A stretch of 62,983 nt of DNA, counting the filler, from Rhabdomonas costata (Eukaryota): the NCBI GenBank assembly GCA_019059605.1. It is 29 parts of 29 records of this genome, joined end to end, with 100 filler letters (N's around TTAATTAATTAA, not from the genome) between each part and the next. Parts side by side here need not be neighbours in the genome. Positions count along the whole stretch, not along the records: positions 34,817 to 36,892 come from JAHMHO010005847.1; positions 36,993 to 39,068 come from JAHMHO010005848.1; positions 39,169 to 41,240 come from JAHMHO010005849.1; positions 41,341 to 43,417 come from JAHMHO010005850.1; positions 43,518 to 45,587 come from JAHMHO010005851.1; positions 45,688 to 47,764 come from JAHMHO010005852.1; positions 47,865 to 49,939 come from JAHMHO010005853.1; 22 more parts are not named here. The stretch is one strand, 5' to 3'. This document shows positions 36,335-48,626 of this stretch, piece by piece. Within the stretch, counting starts at the first letter, position 1. Every line of letters starts with the position of its first letter. Made by a program: the position numbers and the translations under genes. The notes below the pieces were generated by a model. The model worked only from the letters and a program-made list of their open reading frames with translations. It was not told the DNA's origin and ran no database searches.

Positions 36335-36892
36335 CGCTTGAGGATGGAAGTCGAAGGGGTCTTGAATGCCCACGCCTCCCAAACGTATAGGAAGGCACAG
36401 TAAGCTCCATGCGCTTTGCTCAGGGGAACGCCGATCATTGTAAACCAGGCTGCCTAAGGGATCCCAAATCTTTGCGTTACAGAGGTCAAACAAATAAGTT
36501 CAAATGTTTGACTTTGACCTGTTCAAACAATTCTCGAATCTGACTTCCCAAAGAAAAAAGAATGAATTCACTCATTATATTCAGTTTGCCTTCAAGCTTC
36601 AATAAGTGACAGTTTGGCTCAATCATTGAAGCTTTCAATCAATCATTGTCAATGATTGATTTGATTGGGGTCCCTTAGGCTGCCAGGAGGAGGCACTGAA
36701 CAGAAGATGCCAGAGAGGCCCCGTTTGAAAACGAAAGGGTTCTCAGCAGATAAGTGACCTTTGCTGCGCCCAGGCAACTCCTGAGGATGAGAGAGCGGAC
36801 TCTGGGTAGCCCAAAGACTGCAGTTCCGCAGGCTCTGTCAGGCCCAGTCGCACGCCTCGGCCTGGCTAAGCGCACCCCCCAGTGCCGCCCTC
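36335..36892 (-). mobile_element. Degenerate CRE-like non-LTR retrotransposon fragment (region C-terminal to RT)
   Basis: LILRSCLGAAKVTYLLRTL...LLAA|WFTMIGVPLS-(1-nt frameshift)-SAWSLLCLPIRLGGVGIQDP matches the post-RT motifs of CRE-type elements. It is interrupted by a MITE. Confidence 0.75.
36455..36677. mobile_element. MITE (~222 nt) with terminal inverted repeats and a 7-8 nt target-site duplication
   Basis: Left end TAAGGGATCCCAAATC; right end GATTGGGGTCCCTTA; direct repeat (A)GGCTGCC at 36447-36454 and 36677-36684; AT-rich interior. Removing it restores the host reading frame. Confidence 0.85.
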
Positions 36893-38790
36893 NNNNNNNN
36901 NNNNNNNNNNNNNNNNNNNNNNNNNNNNNNNNNNNNTTAATTAATTAANNNNNNNNNNNNNNNNNNNNNNNNNNNNNNNNNNNNNNNNNNNNTCCCTCGT
37001 GACATAAATGGGTAAATATCCGTGAACCGACTATGGAAAGTCGCGCGCAAATTATTGAGTCTCTGAATGCCTGAGTGTTTTGAAAACAATGCACAATTGC
37101 AACTATCTAATTCTTTAATTAACCTCTTTAATATTTCGAGGCAAATATTTCCATATAGGCTCCTAAGCCATATCTATGAATTGATATAATTTAAGTAGTA
37201 GTAACCTCTTCTACCTCTGGGATCAACTCTGGAAGAGGTTCAACACACTGTTGAGGGATTAGCACGATTGCATTGCTTCTACATTCTACCACACTACACT
37301 TCTACTCTAGAACAAATGGTTGAATCCATGAAACTTTGCGCACTTGAAAGCACTGTGGAAGCTCTGAAACAAAGTAATTTGAGGCACACATAGTACCATT
37401 GTAAGTGCCGTCTGGATCACTATCAGGAACAATTAATCTGCATGGTACAATATTTCCGACAATTTGCACAAAACATTCAGGACGGTCAACCACGTGAGCT
37501 CCTGATTTGGTAGGCGTTGGCACGGGAACATGGATTTGAGGCACAGCTGCCTACGCAGATCCACCACTCCATGGGAATAAGCTTTGTGACTGGAAATCCG
37601 CCACAAAACGTGTCCGCGGCGTCCACAAACAGCCCAGAGAATCCGCCGCTCGGTATACAGTCCATGAATTTGGAAGACCAGGAGATCGTAGCCCTGCTCG
37701 TGTTGATGGACTAATTAAATTTCACCTCATTTATCGACAAATACCACCACAAAACAACACACACTAGCACAATTCACGCACACGCAGACGCACACGTACA
37801 AACGCACAAACGCACACACACAATGCACACTTGTATACATGTCGACCATCCACCCATTTCACAGTTTACATCTAGAATTCCATTATGCGAGCACCACCGC
37901 ACCACATTTTCCAATGCCACATACCTTCTCATCCAGTCCTCCCATTCACAGTACATTGTGCCATGCATCAGCCACCGCCATGCCACCACGTTCCAAGCCA
38001 TATCATTCCTTCTGCTCTACGCCAACATTTTGCACTTCCATACCAAACATCTCAGTCCTTCTTCCAACTTCCTGATCCATCACATCAAATCATCCACCAC
38101 ACCTTCCCCACCACTTCCACTGTCCCAATCTTCTCCATGTACGTCAAACGCCTGGAAGTTGAATATCAAGCACGCGACGCGGCGCGCCATGGAAGCGGAC
38201 AGTGACGATTAGGAATATCCAGAATACCCGTCCATCCAGGAGGCCTCCTCCTCCGCACCATCAGCAAGGCGATCAGGCGGTCAGTCGAGAAGAACGAGCA
38301 GCTGATGCACGTGCTTGACAATACGAAGATGTATTGTGTATGTGGAGGACAGCAACCGCTGAGGGGGACAACAAGATCGAGAGCAGCGAGAACGAGAACG
38401 AGAAGAGCGAGCAACCAACCCACCGTGGTCGCGTGTTACTACTCTTATGGCCGGTATCTTTCCTCCCCAGCGAGGACCCAGGCCAAACACCAAGGCTAGA
38501 CAAGCCGTGGCACCCAGATCCTTCCAAACTCGTGCTAAAACGTCACGCCCTCCACACAGCCCCACCACTGAGCTCTGCTGTGGAACCGCATATGACGGCT
38601 CACGCATGAATAGGCGGTTCCCACCCCGTGCGCCACATACGAATCAACCTCCATGGCGAGCTGGCACAAAACCACGTTCCCATCACCGAGACACCACTCA
38701 AAGCAGCTCCTCAGACGCTGTGCTCAGTAGCCGATCCACACCACCACCGCGAAATTCTCGGGGCACCATCCTGGCCACGAGAAAGCACAC

Positions 38791-39068
38791 GTCTCCTTGT
38801 GTGTGTATGTGAGAGAGTGGGTGGGCACGACGCAAACCATCACCCAAGTGTCCGTCTTGTCGTCCATCACTAACACCAGCATCTTAAAAGCGCCAAAAAA
38901 TTCAAAAGATGTGCAGTACAACCAGCACAAGAACACGCCACAGCAGACCGCGCCAAGTCTCCCTGTGTGTGTCTGTGAGTGTGTGTAGATGTGAACGACA
39001 CACAACCTCCACCCAATGCCATTAGTGTCGTCAAGCACTAACAGCAGCATCTCAAACGCGCCAAAAAA
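38791..39068. repeat. Degenerate tandem repeat, ~167-nt period (about 1.7 copies, cut by contig end)
   Basis: GTCTCC.TGTGTGTGT.TGTGAG at 38791 and 38957; TGTCGTC...CACTAACA.CAGCATCT.AAA.GCGCCAAAAAA ending at 38900 and 39068. Confidence 0.75.
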
Positions 39069-39217
39069 NNNNNNNNNNNNNNNNNNNNNNNNNNNNNNNN
39101 NNNNNNNNNNNNTTAATTAATTAANNNNNNNNNNNNNNNNNNNNNNNNNNNNNNNNNNNNNNNNNNNNTTGTGTTGTTTTCTGATAATACCTTTTTGTGC
39201 TGGTGCGATGGACGCAG

Positions 39218-41240
39218 GTACATTTTCATCATTAACCTGATCCCCCTCTACACTGCCGTGATGATCGCGACGGGGCGGTACACGCACAAGCTCTACGTGG
39301 CCTACAGTATCTTCTACGTGCTTGGCACCATCCTGTCGATGCAGGTGTGTGTTTGTGGGTGGGTGGGTGGTGAGCGCCAGGGATGGCGCCACGACTCGCC
39401 GTGGTCAGAGGAAGATGACCTGAGGATCCCAGGCAGAAGATGAGTTGAAGAGATGCCTCCGACCGGCAAATGCAGAGTGGTTGAGCGCAGAGGGTTGGAG
39501 CTCCGTGGAACCGCGGTTTAATGCGCCATTGAGGCTTCCCATTAACCTCCGCCCAGTAGCTGAAGGGTGATTCGCACCCGCGAATCGGCCAGGCAGCGGG
39601 AGAGAGTATGAAAGCTCCCTGGAGGCAGAAAAAACCTCCACCAACGTCATGCCTTGTGCACGTAGTGTGTGCCTGGGTGGTGGTTTTGGTTGCTGCCGCG
39701 GAAAGACATTTGGAAAGCAGTTTGCGTGACTCATCCGATAACTGAAGCACATCCTGGGCCTGTGCAGGTGGCCTTCGTGGGGTTTAAGCCACTGCAGACT
39801 GCGGAGCACTTTGCCGCGATGATTGTCTTTGTGGTGCTGCAGTTCCACAACTTCATGATTTGGTCCCGAACCATGCTGGGTGTGCTTTTCATGAAAGGCG
39901 GAAGCGGCTTAGGAATTTTCTTCTTCTTCAGTGCCGCGGTCTGCAATGCTGCCTTGTGGACTCTGCGTTTGATGCTCTGAAAAGGTCGGTTTCAAAGTGT
40001 GGCCCACTGCTCCGTGGCTGGTGTAATCGGCAGTCTCTCGTAGGTGCAGGATGGTTAGCCTGTTGCAATTGCCATCGTACCCTGCCTCCAGTGCCTGTGC
40101 GTGCAAGTGCTATTGCTGCTGCACCCATACAGTTCTGTGACGTTGCGTTATCCGCTCCAAAAAAACAATTGTCAAAATTGTGGCAGAAAATTGAAACAAA
40201 TTTCAGGGCGAACGCACTTAAAAAGAAATCGCTCGGGTGGGATCCCGCCGATGAAATACAGCAATGGCAACGTAAGTTTTGGAGGCGCCAAGTGCGTGGA
40301 GCAGAGAGAAGGGCCGAAGAGCTGACACCTCGGCACTGCGCACCAGTGAGGGAGTGTGCCTTTTGTTGGCCCTCGTGTGCTGAGCTGCTTGCATTGCCGA
40401 TGCCATCCTCCGCAGGGTCACATCCTCTGGTTCTGCTCCACAGGACCTGCGGCGTACCGCCAGTTTGTTGTGCTTGTGCTTGCCGCGGTGGCAGTGCTGT
40501 TCACGGTGGGGTGGATGGCCGGGGTGGTGCGGCCGTTCACGGGACGCTTCTACACCCTGCTCACCGGGGGCAAGGCGGAGATCCCCATCATCGCCTCCGT
40601 CTCGGAGCACCAGCCCACGCCCTGGTCGATGCTATTCTTTGACCTCAACCTGGCGCTGGCCTTGGCCCCCGCGGGGCTGTATATCTGCTTTCGGGACCTC
40701 ACGGACTCCTCGCTGTTTGTGATTTTGTACGCCGTGACGAGCTGCTACTTCGCTGGCACACCCCCCGCTTTCGCCCCCGTTCCCTCTCACCTGGGGAGGG
40801 ATTTCTTTTTTGATCGGGATCCGCCGAAGTTAACACTGCTAAGGCTGCCGCAGAGTGCTGCGTTGTATTGCTCGAGATCATGAACAAGCACTTGCTTAAA
40901 GAAGGGATGTTACCTCGTGAGCAAAATGGCTTTCCTTCACCACAGAAGCTCAGCCAAAACCTTGAAATACCCATTTTCAGAAGGATCGGGAAGGCCTGCT
41001 CAAGGCTGTACCATCGTACACCACTCTTTCACAAGCCATCCTTCAGGAAACCCGCAGCTTTTTTTTCTTTTCCGCCAACTGCTTTATATGTGACGTGGTG
41101 TGCTCTCCCAGGGATCATGATCCGGCTAGTGCTGGTGTTCGCGCCGGCAACGTGCATTCTCAGCGGCATCGCGCTCTCCGAGGGATTCCAAATCTTCGCG
41201 GACCAGCTCCACGCCTGCGTGCTGCCCCGCGGGACCACCA
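39218..41240 (+). CDS. STT3: Oligosaccharyltransferase catalytic subunit STT3, internal 4 exons
   Basis: Exons 39218-39344, 39768-39879, 40444-40755 and 41112->41240: YIFIINLIPLY...LYVAYS...GTILSMQ-VAFVGFKPLQTAEH...-FTGRFYTLL...IPIIASVSEHQPTPW...YFAG-IMIRLVLVFAP. SVSEHQP is diagnostic. Confidence 0.96.
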
Positions 41241-43049
41241 NNNNNNNNNNNNNNNNNNNNNNNNNNNNNNNNNNNNNNNNNNNNTTAATTAATTAANNNN
41301 NNNNNNNNNNNNNNNNNNNNNNNNNNNNNNNNNNNNNNNNTTTGTTTTTTTTTAGCCAATGTGGGCGCGGGTCTGCTTTTGTTGGGTCTGTGATGTTTCT
41401 GGTTGTGGCAGTGAACCTGTGGTTGTGTGCTTGCTCTTTACGAAGTGCTTTGCTTTTGGCGTTGCCCCGCTTTTTTTTGCTCCCCGCGACCTTGGTGTTG
41501 TCGAAGCCGCTCTGAACAGGCCTGCCACCCAGTGTCGAGCTTTTTCAGATTGTATTGTGGTTGTTTGAGTCTTGAATTGTGGTGCGCAGAACCAAAGGCA
41601 TGAGTTCCATCGGTGCGTGTGGGGTGTTATATGAAAAACTATTGTCACAGGTTTCATGGCACTTGAAAACCATAGTGGGAAATGGCATGCTCCAGATGCA
41701 CGAGGTTACTCATTCCGAGATCGATGTACACAATGCTGCAAGTGGATCAGCCTTTCGAAAGAATCCTGGGCGGCAAGGAAATTGGCTTCAAAAATCGGCT
41801 AAAAACTAGCACATATACGGCAATCAGTCTAAAGCCCGATGCCCTGGCTCCTCCGGGCCTTCCCAATCCATGCTGGCGTGGAACCTTTCTGATCGGAATG
41901 AAATTATGCGTGATGTGTGCGTTTACCTTACCTTTCTGATCTGCGCTGCATGGCGACCTTTGCAATGAATTAGGGAAAGGGCAGAATGTGAATTAAGTTC
42001 AATTTTTTCCTGATGTGGTATCCCTGCTCGCGCAGCAGGAAGTGCAACTGCCGGTCAAAATGGCTTCCCTCAATACTTTTTTGCGGAGTATTTCTTTTCC
42101 CATTAAGGAGTTATCAGCTTCAGTGGTATTCTACGCTTTGCTCCCAGTGCTCCCAGCTCGCATTGTACTCACTCTCACTTCGCAAAAGTGGTTTGTGCTA
42201 TCCAGAAAACGATTGTGTGTAATAGGAAATATTTTATCAAGGAAAGCAATAGAAGCAATGCACTGTCTAAGAGGTGTTCTGACAATTTTTGCCCCCCCCC
42301 CTCTTCTCCTGAGACGTGTGCTTCTACCGCTTTTTCCTCCCTTGGTTAAAAATGTCGACCTCTTTATCCCAGCTGCAGTGCTTTCCGTGCAACAGGACCT
42401 GCGTGAACTTCAAGTGGTCTGTGGCTGCGTCTCCAGCTTGATGCTGATCTCCAGCAAAATGCTCTATCTTTCCCAACTTTCTGTCCCAGCTATGCTAAAA
42501 ACTTGTGCATTCGTGCTTGCCGCTGCAAAGCTGGCGCGGATCCTGTCCTGTTGCCCATTCCAATCTCTTTTTTATTCAGAATAATAGACGTAACTCACAC
42601 ACTCACACACTCACACACATAATAAGGATGGAGTAAGGAATTTCAGGAGGGGACTGTGCCATGGGGGTCAAAAAGAGGTCCTCGGCAAGGAGTGCAAGGA
42701 GAAAGCTTTGGAATTATTCGCTAGTCATAGAGGGAGTCAGCCCGACATTTTGTGGATGAGGGCTCGAAGGGGTGAGCACCCCAGCAGTCTACAAGCATAT
42801 ACGTCACACCGCAACCGGCAGCCTTTTGCACGAGAAAAGGAAAAGGTCCCAGCCCCCCAAGAAAGGAGTGTGGAGTCGCAGAGACCTGAGCCGCAATGGA
42901 GCAATGCAAGTATCCGCTGGAAAAGAGCAGCTCCGCGACAATGGCCCGGGACCCGTGGGGCTGAAGGGAGGTTACCAGAGGTGGAACGTTCGGCGGTGAG
43001 CCAGTTTCGGATCCCCACGGCACCGTTCCCTCCAACGGCACCTCTCGCG

Positions 43050-43170
43050 AGCACCCGTGTCCAACAGCGCGTGCGCCCGTCAGTCCAGAGTGGTCACCAA
43101 CAACCAAGCAACCAGGCAACCAGGCAACAGCCAGCGCGGAATGCGCCCAACACACACGCACACACACACG
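43050..43170. repeat. Interspersed repeat family A, copy 2
   Basis: Near-identical to 3541-3645, with extra CAACCAGG-type units, and also ends in a CA tract. Confidence 0.85.
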
Positions 43171-43231
43171 CACAAGTCAGAAGCATTGACCGAGGCAGAT
43201 CCTAGCCTCTCTCCGAGACTTTATTTCACGA

Positions 43232-43413
43232 TTTTGGTCTTTCTGATACCTCAGTTACTGGAATCAATCTCGATGAGCACTCGCAAAATATTAGTGCCCC
43301 CTGAAAACGCTTTTAAAGAGAAACGGTCCCTAAATCGGGATTGGGGGGCACTAATATTTTGCGAGTGCTCATCGAGATTGATTCCAGTAACTGAGGTATC
43401 AGAAAGACCAAAA
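43232..43413. repeat. Perfect 70-bp inverted repeat at contig end (probable amplification fold-back)
   Basis: Arms 43232-43301 and 43344-43413 with a 42-nt loop, ending 4 nt from the contig end. Confidence 0.9.
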
Positions 43414-43527
43414 CCACNNNNNNNNNNNNNNNNNNNNNNNNNNNNNNNNNNNNNNNNNNNNTTAATTAATTAANNNNNNNNNNNNNNNNNNNNNNNNNNN
43501 NNNNNNNNNNNNNNNNNGGGGGGGCAC

Positions 43528-45285
43528 CTCAGGAAACTTGGCACGGGTGTAAGGGTTGCGCACAAAGTCCGCCCGGGGCATCAGCAGCACGATGGCGCAC
43601 ACCAAGTGGTCCACCGCCACTTCGTGCAGCTCACACTTGAACTCAAAGCCATGCCTGTTGCCAGAACGCGCAACTGGAAGGGTCCTGTTCGATCATCTCA
43701 TTTGAGGCAGTACCGCGCGTGCAGCAAGGATGGCCACAGATCATTTGGATCCCAGAGATGGGGCATTGACAAAGCGGATGAGTAGTGTGAAGCCTTGGTG
43801 GGTCAGAGATGAGGCAGTGGAGGTCACCTGAGAAATGCCAAAGTCAGGGAACAGTATCTCTGGTAAGTGTCTGCACAATGATGAATGGAGTGAGAGTATA
43901 GTCACCAAGTTCGCGGAGAACTCATCTGGGTCACCAGTTGCTTCCCCTTCTCCTTGGAGCCGTCACACAGCCACAAAGGTCTCCCGCACTGACATACTTC
44001 AAATAGTATAGCGCCACGTCTGCCACGCTGTCCAAGAAGAACTCTGGCAAGGAGGAAAACTCCCTGGGCACCTCCGCAGGCAACGGCTCACTAAAAAGAA
44101 CACAAGAGAACACAAGGAAAGAAATGCTACTCCCCATCTGGTGAACAGCTTGCCGGTATCTTTTCCGAGATTTTCAGCGGAAAACACCTTCAACAAGTTC
44201 TGGTCATTAGAAGAGGTAGGGAGAAAGGAATGTCCTTCAAGACAGAGAAGGAAGGCACTCACTTGAACAGAGAGGCCAAGCTCCCAAGCGCCACCCGGGT
44301 CAGCCATAACGCGGCGTAGTTCAGAAACGAAAACCCCCTGCAAACGGAGATGTGGGGAACAGGGCATCACCGCGATGAAGGGAAAGGGAAGGAGCGTCAT
44401 CTATGGTTTCCATCAGTGTAGAATAACCGCCGAAAAGACATGGTGCATGGGCGTATGCGTGGTCGGCTAGCACCGCAGCGCTTGGGAGGTAGGAGCAGTT
44501 CTTCGGTACTGCGGACCGATTCTCAAGTGAGCATCAAGGGTGGTGACCACTGCAGTGAGCAAAGGTTGAGAATAAAGTAGAGGCAGTAATGTTATGTCAC
44601 AACCTCAGCCAACAGGTTTTGCGATCCTCCCCATCCATTGCAGGGATTTTCAGGGTGCACCTCCTGCAGTCAAAGAAGAGAGTAGGCGGAAAACCTGTGA
44701 GTGAAGTCCACCTCAAAGATCATGGCTTGAAGCTCGAACTGTCGCATGGCGCGGTCGTTGATGTGAACCTAAAGAGCAACAGTGAGTGCGGAGCCCAATG
44801 GGGACACTTCAAATACCGACTGAAGGAGGCATTTGTTGTGCCAGACATCGCTGTGGAAGAAAATATTCCAGCCCTTCGTATAAGGTCACCTTCTCGCGAA
44901 TCACACCTGTTGACAAAGTGCTGTACACAGCCCTTCAGACCCCTGCAGTGTAGTTGTTTTAGCAAAGAACCTGTGCAAAGAACCTGTCAGCACACCTTCT
45001 CAGCCCTTAAGAACTTGTCATTCCTGTTGCTGAAGGTCACACCTCATCAAATCCTATTCTCCGGATGGGGGTAGGTGGGAAGGTGAATGGGCTCAAAACA
45101 ATGCGATGAGGATGACAGAGCAATCGACTGAGCTTCGCTGCATTTTCGCGACTATATAAACACTTGAAGAGGGTCCGCACCTGGATTTGCTTCCTCTGGA
45201 ACTCCTGAAGCAGAGGGGCCATCGACAGAAACTCAGGGGAAGTCTCGGTCAGCGCCACCTTCAGCTGCTTCAGCTCTTCCTTGAC
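43528..45285 (-). CDS. UFD2: Ubiquitin conjugation factor E4 (UFD2/UBE4), core-domain exons
   Basis: Exons 45285-45181, 44768-44695, 44337-44263, 44090-43998 and 43654-43528 splice in phase: ...GFSFLNYAALWLTRVA...EPLPAEVPREFSSLPEFFLDSVAD...DFVRNPYTRAKFPE, matching the UFD2 LPEF and NPY.RAK..E motifs. Confidence 0.88.
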
Positions 45286-45945
45286 CTACAGGGGCCATGG
45301 CCCATCCCCCTCCTTCCAACCCATCATTGACCCGAATTCACAAGCTTGCTTTGCACTCTGTCCTCTTCTGTGTTCTGAGGAGCATTCCATGACTGATAGC
45401 AATACTATTGCAGAGAAGAAAGCCATTAACAGAGATACCATACAGTATCGCACCACTGGCAACTCCCTGTGAGGGAAGCAGTGACTGAACGTGAGTTTCC
45501 ACACCAGTCAGCAAAAGGACAAGCGAGAGACCAGCGGCACCGAAGGAACAACGGCGGCCAAACATCCGAGAATGAGGACCTCACACANNNNNNNNNNNNN
45601 NNNNNNNNNNNNNNNNNNNNNNNNNNNNNNNTTAATTAATTAANNNNNNNNNNNNNNNNNNNNNNNNNNNNNNNNNNNNNNNNNNNNGGGGGGGGGGGGG
45701 GCAAAGGGAACACCGTGGGAACACCTTTTAGGTGGTGTGTGGCACCATTTTTTAGAAGCCGTTTCCTTCACATCCCTATTGCGAAGCCGTTTCCTTCACA
45801 TCCCTTCACATCCCTTCGCCCAAAAAACGTCCTTCGCCCATTGGTTTTCTTGTTCACTGGAAGGATTGGGCGGTGGGTACGATCCTTGGGTGGTGGGGGA
45901 GTATCTCGGCTAAAGTGGTCTTGCTCATGCTCTGAGCGGACGCAC

Positions 45946-47590
45946 CTTATCTTCCTGCATTTGCGAAAGCTGCGACCGAACCAGTGCAAGCTCTTCGGCC
46001 TGAAGCTTGAGCTCTTGCCGAGCAATCGAACTGACCTGTGAAAAATCAACAGGGAAAATACAATACGAATCAGGCAACTGGAGACACATAAACCAAACCA
46101 CACAGCACAAAGACACAATGCCAACGAGCAAATCCAGAGTAGGTGACGCAGTGTTCGGCAACATGGCACGTCACCCAACCACGGCATGTCCAAAAATGGG
46201 AGAACGAGAGGACCTCGTTTTCCTGGATCAAGGCCGCGGCCTGCAGCTGATTCTCCTGCTGAGCAAGGCGGAGCTCGTCCTGGGCCGCAGTGAGCTGAAT
46301 CTTTGCGCAGCAGAGCGATACAAAACAACGGGAACAATGAGATTCCAAGGAAAGGCAACCCTGTGCAATCATCTACAAATTTGCATCAAGACATACTCCA
46401 CTGTGCCACAGCGTTTGCACACACATCGGCAACACTCCGGCACCGCCCTTTCCCGTGACCTGCAGGTTCTGCAAGTCTTCAATCAGTTTCGTGCTGGTGC
46501 CGAGCTGCACCTCCAGATCAAGCAGAGCGTCCTGGAGGCTCCTCTTCTCTGCCTCCACCTATGCAAAAAATGAAGAAACGTCGAGAGGAACGGCAGCCCT
46601 ACCATAATGTACGCCGTGCGACGGAAAACCACATCCAGGCCCTGGTACATGAGAAAGCCCCCACGAAGAATTCCAGCGGGAATGGAGCAAAAAGCATCTG
46701 TAAACGATGTCAATCGAAGCTTAGTGTGTGTGGGGGGGGGGGCACACCGCTGAAAAGCAATTATTCAGACCACCTCCTCATTCGCGAGAATGCAAATATG
46801 CACGCGACAAAGGAGTATGTGAACCCACACCCGCAAACCCACACAAGAACTAGGCATTTGCAATAGCGCGCGAACATGTATGACCGTGTGCAGCTTCGCG
46901 GTGACCGCAGTACACTCCTCACGAAGGGCCTCGGCCTGATCCGACAACCGCGAGTGGCTCCAGGAGGCGGCCTGCTCACTTCGCAGGGCCTCCTCCAGCG
47001 CCGCAGAGGCCTCTAGGTAGCTCTTCTCAGACTCCTTCCACGAACTTCGTAAACACACACACACACACACACACACAGCCACGCGGAGTCAAAGGTTGCC
47101 AGCGGCACTCGAGGAGGAGAATTGGGCACCGTAACTAGGGTTCTACTTCGCAGTCATATTAGCGCCAAAAATCACCACGCAAGGCACCTCGGAAACCAGC
47201 GTAAAGTGTCAAACGCCCCCACCCCAACGCCTGAAGGAACAGCAATGCTGCGCAACCAAACCAACAAAAACGGGTTCCACGGACTCCCAACTTCCATTTC
47301 AAAGGCTCATAAATCCTATTCATTCCGCCCATCAGTAGCTGGAATTTGTAGAATAAACAGAATTGCCAAGCACAGGATGCAGACCGATCCGCAGCCTCCG
47401 CAAAGTGCTTCTGCTCTGCCGCTGCCTCCTCCGCAGCAGCCGTGGCCAGCGATGCCGCGGCGGCCTTAGCCTGGGCCTGCAGCAGGGCCTCGGTCAGGCC
47501 GGTGAGCTCTGAGGAGAGCTGCGAGGCACGTTCCTCGGAGGCCTTCAGCTGCCGCGAGAGCAGGTCGGAGCCCAGCCGGGCCGCCTCAGC
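45946..47590 (-). CDS. Long coiled-coil protein of unknown family, 5 exons
   Basis: Phase-consistent GT-AG exons 47590-47385, 47044-46885, 46558-46460, 46300-46214 and 46035-45946 encoding E/Q/A/L heptad-rich sequence. Confidence 0.75.
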
Positions 47591-48438
47591 CTTTTCACAA
47601 CAGTCAGTAACCGAAGGTCAGGGGCAACAACACATTCGAAGGCGTCAGATGACCATACAAAGCAAACAAGGACTGAAAGAGAATAACATCCCACAACAAC
47701 AACATCCCCCATAAATGCAACTCCCCCATAAGCGCAAAGCGATCATTAAACTTCACAAAAACCCNNNNNNNNNNNNNNNNNNNNNNNNNNNNNNNNNNNN
47801 NNNNNNNNTTAATTAATTAANNNNNNNNNNNNNNNNNNNNNNNNNNNNNNNNNNNNNNNNNNNNGCAAAAGCAGGACAGAGGTTTTCAGCAGCTCACGCC
47901 AACGGCAAAAAGGCGTTTGGAAAAAGAGAATTTTGAAATATCCTATGTCCCAGTGTTTTTGTGCAAACATCAAATATTTCTGCTGCCTTTCGAAACAAAT
48001 TTTACACCACGGGGCAAGCCAGGTTCCGTCCATCAGGCAGTGCAAAAGAGACCAAAGTGGTACGGAAAATGCGTCGAATGCGCAAAAACGAAGGCGAAAA
48101 AAGTTTCCTTGGCAGAGCAGAAAGGAATATGAGTGACTTCATTAACTACTACCAACAGCAGCTTCTCTGTCTCAGGCTGAAAAGATGCTCAAGTCCCGGC
48201 GCATTAATCAAAGCTGCCTATATACTGAAAGGTGAAAATTGAGGAATGATATCGCGGTAAACGGAAGAAACGATATATGAAAACCAGATGTTCACAGAAA
48301 GCACTTCTTTGGCAAAAAAAAAGGTTCCTCGTTATTACCAAACAAATACCGGTATGAGCCGTGACGATCGCTTTGATTCGCTCGATAAGTCGAAGCAACA
48401 CATTTACAAGCACGCAAACTCAGTACACGATGTCGCAC

Positions 48439-48626
48439 CACAGGCTGTCCGTGTATTCCGAGCTGAGCTCTGCGATAAAGAGAAGCACGTCCTGCACCAG
48501 GTTTGCCAGCACAGTGATCTTCGAGGCGGTTGCCGTGGTGGTTACCTCACCGGAGATCACAATGACCAGAAGGATAATCAGCGAGGTGAAGGGGATTACC
48601 AGCATCAGCAGTAGCCGAAGACTCAC
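48439..48626 (-). CDS. Membrane protein exon: transmembrane helix followed by a NIT-sensor-like helix
   Basis: VSLRLLLMLVIPFTSLIILLVIVISGE...ITVLANLVQDVLLFIAELSSEY. Possible upstream exons at ~49682-49600 (MPIKGLAAAPAY) and ~49493-49422. Confidence 0.5.

Noticed and set aside
34817-38790. Scattered open frames in contigs 17-18 outside the CRE/MITE region (for example 35856-36060 plus, 37300-37710 minus)
   Set aside because: Some exon-like blocks exist, but there is no recognisable motif or consistent gene model.
45755-45840. Short tandem duplication GAAGCCGTTTCCTTCACATCCCT
   Set aside because: Local slippage-type duplication in intronic DNA with no sign of function.
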